From Octopus bimaculoides (lineage: Eukaryota), in NCBI RefSeq assembly GCF_001194135.2, contig NC_068985.1, positions 15,675,618 through 15,729,612 on the forward strand: 53,995 bases of DNA. The letters are read 5' to 3'. The translations under genes and the position numbers were made by a program. The notes below the pieces were generated by a model. That model ran no database searches and was not told the origin of the DNA. It saw only the letters and a list, made by a program, of their open reading frames with translations. Positions 24,396-37,071 of this stretch are shown here, piece after piece. How positions within the stretch are numbered: position 1 is the stretch's first letter; each line of letters opens with the position of its first letter.

Positions 24396-24569
24396 AAAGC
24401 AAGAATATGCATGCAAGCATATCAATCACCGGACGAGTAGAGCCTACTAAAGTGCTAATTGGACGAAATTTTGGATAGCTTAGCATAATCTTGTGTATCT
24501 TAAATATGTATAAATGATAAATGTATGTCAAATTGCATATTTTTGTACCACAAAATATACTAACTAAAC

Positions 24570-24607
<38 letters not shown>

Positions 24608-25040
24608 NNNNNNNNNNNNNNNNNNNNNNNNNNNNNNNNNNNNNNNNNNNNNNNNNNNNNNNNNNNNNNNNNNNNNNNNNNNNNNNNNNNNNNNNNNNNN
24701 NNNNNNNNNNNNNNNNNNNNNNNNNNNNNNNNNNNNNNNNNNNNNNNNNNNNNNNNNNNNNNNNNNNNNNNNNNNNNNNNNNNNNNNNNNNNNNNNNNNN
24801 NNNNNNNNNNNNNNNNNNNNNNNNNNNNNNNNNNNNNNNNNNNNNNNNNNNNNNNNNNNNNNNNNNNNNNNNNNNNNNNNNNNNNNNNNNNNNNNNNNNN
24901 NNNNNNNNNNNNNNNNNNNNNNNNNNNNNNNNNNNNNNNNNNNNNNNNNNNNNNNNNNNNNNNNNNNNNNNNNNNNNNNNNNNNNNNNNNNNNNNNNNNN
25001 NNNNNNNNNNNNNNNNNNNNNNNNNNNNNNNNNNNNNNNT

Positions 25041-25335
25041 ACTTATTCTATCGGTCTCTTTTTGCCGAACCGCTAAGTGACGGGGACATAAACACACCAG
25101 CATCGGTTGTCAAGCAATGCTAGGAGGACAAACACAGACACACAAACACACACACATATATATATATATACATATATACGACGGGCTTCTTTCAGTTTCC
25201 GTCTACCAAATCCACTCACAAGGCTTTGGTCGGCCCGAGGCTATAGTAGAAGACACTTGCCCAAGGTGCCACGCAGTGGGACTGAACCCGGAACCATGTG
25301 GTTGGTAAGCAAGCTACTTACCACACAGCCACTCC
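25041..25335 (-). mobile_element. SINE family C, 3' end in gap
   Basis: Low-divergence revcomp copy (acgggcttctttcagtttccgtctacc...gggactgaacccggaaccatgtgg). Confidence 0.92.
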
Positions 25336-26087
25336 TATACACATACATACATACATACATACATATACTTACATACTCATACTTATATATAAGTATGTAT
25401 GTATGTATGTATGTATGTATATGTCTTTTGAGAGAGAGAGATGGAGAGAGAGAGAGAAAGAGAGAGAGTGAGAAAAAGAACGATTTCTCCATATGCCGTT
25501 ACTCGACAAGTTCTCAAAAGAAAAAAAAAAAAATTAAAAGTGATTTAGGAGGCTTGACATTAAAATTTGCTATATTCAAATGAAATATGCTACAAAAGAG
25601 GGATGCCATTCTTAGGTACCGTTTGGAGAATACGGCAACATAAATCATCTGTCAAGAGCTGAACAAATACTTGATTACCCAATCAAATCTGGTTCTCCGT
25701 TCGTAATGTATTTGCCCGATACGGTTGGCTTGATGCTAATCAACATCACCAACTAATCAACTATATTACAACGATATAAAAAAACTGAAATTCGTCGTAA
25801 TTATCTCTCGATCGAATAGAAAAGCAGTGAAAAAGAACCCCATGGGGAAAGAAATAATTTGAATAAAATACATTAAATTTGATTGTCGACTGTAATTCAA
25901 CTCAATAGCAATTAGATCTTATAACAAATTATCAAACGCTATCTGGTTGTCTGTCTGTTTCTCCTTATATATATATATATATATATATACGTAAAATATA
26001 TAGAATAGCGAGTTTTTCTTAGAAATTTCACTACCAGTAGCCTAGCGTGTATGAAAAAGTCAATAGACAACATATTCTCAATATAAA

Positions 26088-26295
26088 GTAGCTTTACACA
26101 CTAGAAGAAGCAGTCAAAACGCGGTCACTGATGAGAATTTCGCCTAGCAACTTATTTTATTTGCTAAATAAAATTCGAAACCTAGGAATGATCGTAAAAA
26201 ATTAACAAGGTAAAAGTTCTTATTTTTGATTCCCTTCGAAATTGCTCTTAAACGTGGTTTTGGTCGTTTTGACTGCTTCTAGCGTGTAAAGCTGC
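26088..26295. mobile_element. Inverted-repeat-bounded element enclosing a hammerhead-like motif
   Basis: Arms gtagctttacacactagaagaagcagtcaaaacg (26088-26121) and cgttttgactgcttctagcgtgtaaagctgc (26265-26295); TAAA on both flanks. Confidence 0.65.
26121..26195 (+). ncRNA. Type I hammerhead ribozyme motif, U16.1 replaced by A
   Basis: gcggtca CTGATGA gaattt cgcc tagcaa cttattttat ttgcta aata aaattc GAA A cctagg a a tgatcgt: 7-bp stem I, 6+6-bp stem II, palindromic stem III. Confidence 0.65.
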
Positions 26296-26348
26296 TAAAG
26301 GCAGCTTCTCTTGTGTTTAAATGTACACTATTTTATATATATATATAC

Positions 26349-26405
<57 letters not shown>

Positions 26406-26600
26406 AACATAGTTGAAAAATTCTGAAAAAAAGTAAGGGTAACTCAGCAGATCATGTGCAACCAATGAGGCCCACGAGGAAGTTGTCCTGATGTCTATTT
26501 ATTTGTTTGCCTATGTTTTCCAATAAACTCTGCTAAGCTTTTCTTATTTTTGTTTACTGAATTTTTCAAATTATAAAGGTAATTTATGGACGCCCCTGCA

Positions 26601-26639
<39 letters not shown>

Positions 26640-26775
26640 ACAATTTTTAGGTACGTGGTACTTCGTTATGCAAGCATAATATACTATAGTATAGGATACT
26701 ATGCTTGCATAACGAAGTCCTACGTACTTAAAAATCATCAAAGTGTACATACCAGGTCCAGGAATGAGTTTAATA

Positions 26776-26819
<44 letters not shown>

Positions 26820-26948
26820 GAGAGAGATAGAGATAGAGAGAGAGAGTCAAACAGATGAGACATAAAGATGCTCAATATAGAAAACAGCAGCGCTCAAATG
26901 ATTGGAACTTAGACTCCGGAATCTTTACCGATGACTAACCCAATATAC

Positions 26949-27045
<97 letters not shown>

Positions 27046-27534
27046 CTTTTAGCCACACGATGGGGGCAGTATTCATGACCTTTGAAGGTGCTCTGAGAAC
27101 GGTGTGAGAGTGAGAAAAAGTTATAATCAAACCGAAGACTTGCAACAAAATGAATTCTGCTAAAAGCGTCCATGTTGCAAAGTGTTGAAGTTAAAAAAGG
27201 CGACGAGTTTAGTCTACTACCTCAAAAGAGTGATAGCAAAAGGTGAACGCTGAGTCCGTAAAGCCGAAACATACAGTGCAAGACATCTAGTCTGATGTTC
27301 AAAGAGTAGCACCAATGGATGGCTCTTGATTGAAGTTTTTCTTTTTTTTTTTTTGATTGACCACGTAAGAACGAAAGACAATGTTGACTTGTATGGGATT
27401 TGAATTCAGAGCGCTGAAGTTTGGAATAAATATTGCGAGACATTCTATCCGACGCTCTAAAAACTCCGTCAAATATCGCGCACACAAATACACACACACA
27501 TATACATGTATATGTATAAATATGTGTCTGTGTA

Positions 27535-27566
<32 letters not shown>

Positions 27567-28105
27567 CATACATGTGTAATATATATATAATTGTATAAGT
27601 GTATCTATGCATCTATGTACGAGTTTCTGATTGTACCATCTCATTTATGTTAATGCATCATCGATTTCCTTTCATCATCTGAAGTCAATTTAGCCAATCA
27701 GTTTTAAATGTAAATTTGTAAATATAAAATGGCGATAATTCTTTCTATTTATCATACCCAAGATATATACGTGTTATTGTATGACCGTATATATGCATGT
27801 TTGCTTTTAATATTATTTTTTCTTCAGACGTAGTGGGAGAATAACATGAAAAAGTGTACTTTTAGACATAAAGAGTTTTGTAGCCATTATTGGAAAAGTA
27901 ATATTACAATAAAAATGTCTTCTTCGACATTATAATTATTTTCGTATTAAGTTGAATGCGATACTAAAAAAATAATAAGAAAATATACAAGAAGTCCTAA
28001 ATGAAGAATTTATATGCGAAAAGCAAATAAAAGGTGATGGACTTGGAAAAACCATTCAATCCTCCAATCACAGAGAAGTTACTTTCAGTTTGGTATACAA
28101 AATAT

Positions 28106-28313
28106 ATTCTTTTCTACTCTAGGCACAAGGCCCGGAGGTTTTGGGGAGGGGACCAATCGATTAGATCGACCCCAGTGCGCAACTGGTTTTTGATTTATCG
28201 ACACCGAAAGGCAAAGTCGACCTCGGAGGAATTTGAATTCAGAACGTAAAGGCAGACGAAATACCGCTAAGCATTTCACCCGGCGTGCTAACGTTTCTGC
28301 CAGCTCGCTGCCT
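28106..28313 (-). mobile_element. SINE family A
   Basis: Full revcomp copy ending cagctcgctgcc. Confidence 0.9.
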
Positions 28314-28456
28314 TGGTAGACGAAATATATTAGATGAATAGTTTGAAAAATTAGAAATTCTAAAAACTTAATGTATGAAATTCGAAGAATAAACAAATGA
28401 CAAATCACTATCAAGGGATCGTTTACTGTGTTGGCTCAAACTCCAGATCCTACCCT

Positions 28457-28467
28457 AATCCATCCAT

Positions 28468-28500
<33 letters not shown>

Positions 28501-28800
28501 TGTCCATCTATCCGTTCAGCCACCTGTCTCACCCCACTATTCTTGGGAGAGTCGTAGGGACAGAGTCCTCTGGCACCTCCTCTATAAAGTTCTGTCAGAA
28601 ACAATCGTTACTCTATTTTCCTGCTGGATTTCCAAGCATTACCAACTGATACTATGAATATTATCCAACCAACACGTTCATGTTCTACTCGTAGATCTCC
28701 TGTAGGTTGGCTCCGCTTGAAGAATCCATCTTGCGATTCTTTCCTTCGCCATTCAAATCATATGTCCATAGTACCGAAGCTGTGGCCTCTCAGTTCTAAT
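28457..28800 (-). mobile_element. RTE-clade (Rex3/Expander-like) LINE 3' end with (GGAT)n tail
   Basis: Minus frame IRTERPQLRYYGHMI*MAKERIARWILQAEPTYRRSTSRT*TCWLDNIHSISW*CLEI...VSDRTL, matching the RTE C-terminal QLRWxGHxxRM..R...W pattern; tandem GGAT tail follows. Confidence 0.75.
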
Positions 28801-28941
28801 TCTTATCATTATCCCCGAAATCTAAACTTAACCATTAACCCTAAACCTAAAACCTAACACTTAAGTTTAAGCTTAAAACACAAGTCTAATCATTATTTTA
28901 ACTCTAAACATTAATTCAATATGTTAAGTGACCCCTTAACC

Positions 28942-29010
28942 CAGGGGTCGGCGAACCGGGGTAAATTACCCCAAGTAGAGTAAAAATGAAATTCGTGGGG
29001 GCAATGAGGA
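28942..29010 (+). mobile_element. hAT-Charlie-type element left end
   Basis: CAGGGGTCGGCGAACC TIR-like start followed by ggggtaaattacccc palindrome; right end not found. Confidence 0.45.
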
Positions 29011-29029
29011 CTCATTAGACATAAGATGG

Positions 29030-29102
<73 letters not shown>

Positions 29103-29843
29103 ATACATAGATGCATATGAATATATTCGAAGGAGATGTAGATGCAACTCTGAAAGGTCGCATAACTGCAAAGAGGCAACCCCCTTGAATCGTTATAAAT
29201 GAAGAAGATTGGCGCTTCAGTTTTATTGATCAGGCGCGGAGGATTCGTTTCAAAGTTGAAACCGAGATGCACAATTAGTTGAGATTTTGATTACTGTTAC
29301 ATGATATTGTTCAAACAGTAAATAAAATTGTAAATGTGTAGTATACAGTAGCACAGTACCTCAGCAGATTACCTCTACTTTAAAATGACATTGTTGGTTT
29401 AACTTTATATGTTCATGTCGCTATATCTTTTCTTTCTTCAATTACCTCATTGACAGATCTCATGTCTCTTCTGGATACTAGAAATTTTCATTCGAATGAT
29501 GAATGTGATTTCAGTATGATATTTTAAAATTAGTCTCCTGATATTTGTTAACACAGCGCTACAAGTTGACTACACTGCATTACCATAATTTCCCAAGTAG
29601 TGATGAAAGCATCATTAAGTAAATATACAAAAACTAGCCGGTGTCGAATAATAGAAATGTTTAGACAATAAACAATTCAGAGATATAATTTGCACGAAGA
29701 AGACTACGTAAGTTATTGCGGACGTAATTAACGCTTTGAGCATTGAAAAAAACTAAATGGAAATAATTGTACGATGAGGGAAAATAGACACCATTAGTCA
29801 ATCTCTGAAATCATTTTAATTATTTCAACAGGAATGGAAGATA

Positions 29844-29888
29844 ACACCAGATATATTTCGGGCATATTATGACCTCACCAGTAGAGCA
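29844..29888 (-). ncRNA. Degenerate type I hammerhead-like motif
   Basis: Minus: tgctcta CTGGTGA ggtcat aat atgccc GAA ATATAT C tggtgt; A6 to G change, stem II 5 of 6 bp, palindromic stem III, C17. Confidence 0.4.
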
Positions 29889-30468
29889 TGGACTTCATCA
29901 TATCTCACATCATTAAACAAATGTATTTAAAATAGTATACATATATAGTATATATAAAATTGTATATAGCATATATAAAATTGTAGTATGTATAAATTTT
30001 TTCGTCACCAGAAATATCACACAAAGCGATAAACTCTGGATAGCGACGGGATGAGTCATCTACTTCCACTGAATAACGTATCTAGAGTATATAATTAACA
30101 CTGAATATACATGGCTGTGATGTATATATCATTGCTGGATGTGACCAGCTAAAAGTTCATTTTCATTGAAATTGTGTTTGAGAATTGTTACTTACTAACT
30201 TTTTCATAATTGATAAATATTTGTATTGTTGCATAGCAATCCTCCAAAGGAAATTTCATGTCCTGACACTACCTTATAATACAAATATCGAATATGTAAT
30301 TTGTAACAACGAAGAAGCAGATCTGCACGGAATCTGATGGCTCTCTGCCAATGATATCTAACTTACAACTGTCACGTTATATACGAATGTATAGGTCATA
30401 AATATAGACATATAACAGCAACGTGTAGCCGACGAGTTGTTTTGTGAGGGGAACTATTATTATGATGC

Positions 30469-30469
<1 letters not shown>

Positions 30470-30537
<68 letters not shown>
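30470..30537. repeat. (ATT)n microsatellite
   Basis: Directly visible; similar tracts at about 2500-2567, 32990-33060 and 53855-53925. Confidence 0.95.
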
Positions 30538-30538
<1 letters not shown>

Positions 30539-30740
30539 CTACGTCCGGTTTTTGAACGTTCTGAGTTCAAATCTCATCGAAATTAAATTATGTTGCTTCT
30601 CACTCATCAAGGGCTGATAACCTAATGTACCTAAATTAGACACTAACTTGTGCTCCAAAGAGCGTATCGCTGTAATATTTATTTTCTTTTGTCTCTCTTT
30701 TTCTCGCTGGAATTATGGTGTCGTTAACGTCTACTAACAG

Positions 30741-31107
30741 ATTGAGTGAAGAGGTAGCAGGAAAGTTTCATGCCTAAACACACCAGAACAGCAGCAGCGG
30801 TAGCACAGCAGCAGCACAAGAACAACAGCGATAGTAACACCAGCTAAAATAACGATGGGAACAAAGTGATAGGGTAAACTTTTGCTGGGAAAGCGGTGCA
30901 ATCAACATAGTACTTCTCGCTCTCCCTAAACAAGATAGCACACTTGACACAAGCAAAACAGCTTGTGAAAGTGAATTGGTGAATGGAAGAGCACAAGTTG
31001 CTGTTTCAGCCGAGATTTTGGCAACAACTGCATGGAAGATAGTGGTGTCGACGCTTAGAAACAGCGAGACACACGCCCAATTGGAAAAACACTCTAAAAG
31101 AAATATG
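30741..31107 (+). other. Candidate exon ending in ATG|GT (possible 5' UTR/first coding exon)
   Basis: tctactaacAG acceptor at 30739-40, non-repetitive CAG-rich segment, AAGAAATATG|gtaaga donor at 31107/8. No transcript evidence. Confidence 0.3.
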
Positions 31108-34100
31108 GTAAGATGCAGATTATGTGATAATAGGTTAAGGGCCTGTCGTATTTAGGGTTTGCTATTTCTTTAGTCTCTGAGATTAAGCTAGTTTCTTCTT
31201 AAGGAAATTATCCATTTTCTTTCAGAATACTGTTAAATATTTTTGGTGACATTGTATGCATAATTATTAATTTTTTCAATATTGGATTCTATCATTTCTT
31301 GCAGCTTCCCAATTGTTCATTTATTTTTTTTTCTGATATCCAAGTTCTTTCGTTGATACGGCCTCCCATGATTAGGTGTTACGGTTTTTTAAACAATCTC
31401 GTCCATAATGATTTCTTCCCTGTCAATACTCCACCCTAAAATTCTTCCGTCTCTCATTCTATTGGTACAGTATTGATCTCTAGAAACCGAGAAAATAAAT
31501 TTAGGCTGGAGTCAAACCATTTGTTTTGTTCGGACAGTCGTTGTCACCGTATATGAACACAAATTCTTTGTGATTTAGTGACAATCACTTGGAAGGATGG
31601 ACAGAGCATGCAATCAATACAGTGTTACAAATGTCCTCTGACCATATAATCTCTAATTGTCCATCCTTGCAATCAGTGGTTTTTTTTGTTCGTTTGTTTT
31701 GTTTCTTTTTAAAACTGTGCTTTTCCGTTATTGATTTCATTGGAAATCAATAGCCCCTTTTTTTTCCATTTCTATATTTGGATGTTTGTTTTCTGTTTAT
31801 TTGTTTGTGTTTTGACGTTCGTAAAAGAGTAGATCTGAAGGAGTATCTATTTTTTCTTTGTAACTACTGATGTATTGGAGATACAGATGCTTGAGTCAGT
31901 TTACCTAAATCTATGATAGCCAGTGTTACGTATTTTATTGTCATTACTATTTTATAGCTGAAAATTATCCCTGTAATGTACCTTCGTTGGTCCACAGAAA
32001 GATCCATCGATTTAATTCTTTAACCCTTTCCTTCTTTAGATTACTTTCAGGGCCATAATTCCTATCTTTATAAATTTCTATTCAGAAACCTTTTATTCAT
32101 ATTTTTTATTCTGTTGATTAGATTCGATATTTGCTCATTAATATTCCGTAAAGGCGGAGTTGTTTTCATTCGGTTCTGTTATTTGCTTTGTTTTCACGCG
32201 TTTGTTTTATATTTTTGGTTTAAGTTCTTCATGCCTTTACTTCCGTTGTTTCATAATTTCGTTCGTTATTTTTATTCTCAGTATGTATTTTTTTCTTTTA
32301 AGTGTTCCATTTTGGCATTATATCTTTTTGGTTCCAAGAACGTAGCTTCTTAATTTAGCTGATCTATTGAAAACCAAAACTACTTTTAGTTAAGAGTTAT
32401 TATCTCTTCAATATGTATTTTTATTTTTTATTTTCTGGCAGAGTTTAGCGGTAAAATATACATGTGATGCAGAAACGTAATACGTTATCATTTGGTTATG
32501 TCTTTTTCTGTATCCTTTAAGAGACTTCTGAGTTAAAATCTGACCGTTTATTTACATTTTTCATCATTTTCGTTGGAAACTGTTTTATTTGTTTCTGCCG
32601 ATAAAGGAGTTTCTCACGCTTTGTTTTCGTACTTTTTTTACATAAACTCAAAGGAAGCATTTCTGTATTTTAACCTTCAGCTGAATCATGCAGTTATTGT
32701 TTATTTTGTCTATTAATTCTGTGTATGGTACCATTGAATCATTCTGTGGCATTTTCTGTTAGTTTATTTACACATAGAGGATGCCGCTGATTAACATGAT
32801 TATTTGCAATGCATTACTAATATGAGATAATGAACAATAAAGTTTCACGAATAAATAAGTGCATTTTAAAAATATTTATGTTCCAAAATTTTCGTCCTTT
32901 CATTTGAAAACTTTTTCGGAGTACTTAATTAACCTTTTAACATGCTCAACATTATCCGGAGTTCTTCTTCTTCTTCTTCTTCTTCTTCTTATTGTTATTA
33001 TCATTATTATTATTATTGTTATTATCATTATTATTATTATTATTATTATTATCATTATTATAAAGCTTATAAAATATTATTACATTCACTTACATAATTG
33101 TAAAAATCGACATTGCTTACCTACAAAATCTTCGCATATGCATATATANNNNNNNNNNNNNNNNNNNNNNNNNNNNNNNNNNNNNNNNNNNNNNNNNNNN
33201 NNNNNNNNNNNNNNNNNNNNNNNNNNNNNNNNNNNNNNNATATATAATTATGAGAGGTGCATCAAAAGGATATACTTTAATACAGCGCAACTCAATAGCG
33301 CCCTTAAGGACTAATAAGAATATAGGCAAGAATGGAGAACAGATTTCAAATCTATTCTCCATTCTTGCCCATGCCTGCACTTATGAAATGAAATAAATGA
33401 CGAGAGATCAAGAATTACATAATCATCTTCATTACCTTACAGCTGTTTCTGATAGAAGACGCAATGCACTTGGAGCTCAGCGCATTGCAACTTATGATAG
33501 AAGCAGACGTAAGCTATTGAAGTTGATTACATAACTCCTGTTCCTTTGTCATTTATTTAATTTCTTTAGTCATCTAACGTTTTATTCTGAAATATACGTG
33601 TATTCGGTTCTAGTACCAGGTTATTAATATCACTATATCTAAGCGAGACCTTAAAGTATAAAACTCTTCTCCGGATGAGTTCTAACAATTAATTATCATC
33701 TGCATGTAACTATACACGGCTGAGTGCATGAAAATATATATTTACACACACACATGTATATGTGCATATATAACTATATNNNNNNNNNNNNNNNNNNNAT
33801 ATATATATATATATACACATACACACACAGGTATTTGTGCATATATATGTATATATATGTGTGTGTGTGCGCGTTTATACATACATACACATAAGCACAC
33901 ATATACAGTGCAGTATGGCCAAATGGTTTGGAATGTTAATACTACACACACACGCACACATAAACACAAACACACACAAACATGCGTGCACACACACACA
34001 CGCATATAAGTATATATGTGAATGTGTCTATACACTTAAAAAGCTGAGTATGTTTTTATACAAGAAAACGACTAATGTTCTAAGTGGCATAACTGAATAA

Positions 34101-35167
34101 TCATATGGCTGTGTGTCTGTATATATATATATATATATATNNNNNNNNNNNNNNNNNNNNNNNNNNNNNNNNNNNNNNNNNNNNNNNNNNNNNNNNNNNN
34201 NNNNNNNNNNNNNNNNNNNNNNNNNNNNNNNNNNNNNNNNATATTAATAAGATTGAGTTAGAATACATGTTATTGTTATTTGTCTGATAGCTTCATTTAT
34301 AGATTACAACATATTCAAACTTACTTAAGTACACATATATTCTCTTTCTTTCGTTCTTTCGTTCTTTCTTTCTTTCCTTCCTTCTATCTTTCTTTTTTCT
34401 CATTTTCGCTGAACACACACACATACACACACACACACACAAACGAAACGCACACATAAAATGCTGAGTATGTTTTTACGCAATTGTGTTTATGGACATC
34501 TACAATGCTTTCAGGTGTATATTAGATTGTATGCCTCAGGGGATATCACAAATGAAATTGATGAATATTGAAATATTGTAACATACCCGAGATATTTCTA
34601 TGATATCAACAGTAGAATCGCTACTGCCAGGATAATCTACTTCGTTTCCCAGTTCTGAAAGTATAATGCCGACCATTAGTTCCAATATATACATTCAGAT
34701 CAAATGAAAAACATTGTAAAACTGTAAAATACTTGTTTCTTATCAGTATATTGTCATCAAAATAAATCACACACAGACATGCACGTTTGCATGTATGTAT
34801 GTATGTATGTATGTATGTATGTATAAAGAAATCAGGCGATGGCTCTACTCGAAATCAAGTTGGCAACCATCATGTATGTATGTATGTATGTACGTATTAT
34901 ACACATGGGCACATTGGCACAATGCAAAATGGTAAAATATAGTACCCGAATACCGAAAGTAGAGTAAAATAGTATTAAATTGAGGACGAGAAACTTCACA
35001 AACTGCTTTTCAGGGTTTCCTTTAACCAATCATCAGACAGCCGTGAGTATTTAGAACAAAATATCATATTGTTCTGAATATATAGGCGAATCAATGATAT
35101 AAAAAATGCAGGAAAAACAACGGCTGTCAGAGTACCTAGTGAATACACTAGATAGACACACAGTCAA

Positions 35168-35262
<95 letters not shown>

Positions 35263-35873
35263 TCTTTAACTCTTATCAGTCATTTGACTGCATCCATGCT
35301 GGAGTGTATAATATAAATAATAATGTATATGTATTGACAACACTTCCCAAATAAATTTGATTTTGACGCATATTCTATAATAATTAGTCAGATTTCATTT
35401 TTTAATTTGTTAGCATGTAATTCTTCTGTCACCGTACTACTGTCATTTTCACTGAATCAACCACTTAGTTCTGCTCTGCACAAATGTTGACACATTACAC
35501 ATTTTCTAGTTTCATATCGTATTTCTTCGTTGCCTCGTAACACCAGAAATAGGTACTTAATATAATATTATGAGCGCATCTAATTTGAACACGTCTAGAC
35601 TTCCATCCCGAAAGCCAAATGTTTGTTTAAAAATATTCAATATTTAAACAATCAATATTTTTTTCATACATTAACTACTTTTATAGTTCTGAAAATAGAT
35701 TTGATTTACCTTTGTAATAATACTCGCTCATTGTTATATCTATTTTTTTTTTCAAGTGTTGTTAGACTTAAATTTGTTTTGTCATTTGGTTAACAGAATA
35801 TTTCGAATTGTTCAGACCTTCTGATCTATAACATGATACTTATTGATCAGACCACGTATACATACTGTATATA

Positions 35874-36033
35874 CGACGGGCTTCCACATAGTTTCCATCT
35901 ACTAAATTCACTCACAAAGCATTAGTCAGCCTGTGGATATTGTAGAAGACACTTGCCCTGGATTCCGTGTAATGGGACTGGATCTGGAACCATGTGTTTA
36001 CAAAGCGAGCTTCTTAACCACACAGCCTGCGCC
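35874..36033 (-). mobile_element. SINE family C, 5' half
   Basis: acgacgggcttcc...gaagacacttgccc...cttaaccacacagcc. Confidence 0.8.
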
Positions 36034-37071
36034 TCTACAATATATCTGATGGGATTTAGTTGTTTCCATCAAACACATTTCACCCACGATATTTTGTTCG
36101 ACTCAGGACTACATGTGTAGTCGAAACTCGAACCCAATGGATTGAAAACTGATTGTTTTATGCGCATGACCAAGCAAAAAAAAAAAAAAAAAGATTTTAG
36201 AAACATTAATACATATGTTGTATTCTCGTGTGAATACGTACAATCCATTTGCTATTAGCTCGAGTAAAGATCTTGTGATGGTGGTGGTAGTTGTTATTGT
36301 TGTAGTGGTAGGTGTAATATGTTGCTGACTGTCTACATTCAGTGTTTTACACAAACTTCGGAAACAGAATGATGGGTTTCTCGCAATTATTAGATTTGCG
36401 AAAAAGAATCAGAAAATAAATTGTTTTTGGAATCCGTTTACAGAAGCCCATAATTTAATAAATTTACTTTAAACATTTATTTAACTAAAAACAGCAGATA
36501 TCACCATGTGTATTAACCAAAAATATTTAATATGTTTTAGAATTTCAAATTTTGTATGTAATACATTGAACAGGAAATATTTTCGAAAAAATAAAATAAG
36601 ACCTTTAGATTTCATGTATTATGTTAAGTAATATAGTTTGGAATTTCTTTTTCATAAAAATAAAATAAAATTGTATTTGCAGGACAATATTGTACAACTG
36701 TTCATTGAATAAGAAGGAAACGGTTGGAATTACTTTTCCACTTCGGAATAACGTAGTCTTTATATAGCTTTTGAATTCATTTCTTTAAGACATATGTGTA
36801 CATGTGAAACATGCATTCATACAGTACTACATACAATCATACATGCATACGAACACACGTACGCAAATAACGAAATAAATACACACATAACAACACTCAT
36901 CTATGCCTGCATTTATACATCTACACACATACATCGACACACAAAAATATATATATCCATCTATCCATTCATCTATCTATCTATATATACACACACACAT
37001 GCACACATACATACATACATACATACATACATACATACATACATACATACATACAGATTGATATATAAATA

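Noticed and set aside
28830-28862. aaccctaaacctaaaacctaac, telomere-like
   Set aside because: Only three imperfect units; not an interstitial telomeric array.
31727-31754. 12-bp AT-rich hairpin followed by a T-run, terminator-like
   Set aside because: Intrinsic terminators are not relevant in this eukaryotic context; likely part of an old DNA element.
35008-35040. Minus-strand CTGATGA...GAAA, and a plus-strand 29-nt microexon (cttttcag|...|gtgagt)
   Set aside because: No stem II/III for a ribozyme; the microexon gives an immediate stop if joined to ATG 31105 and has no other support.
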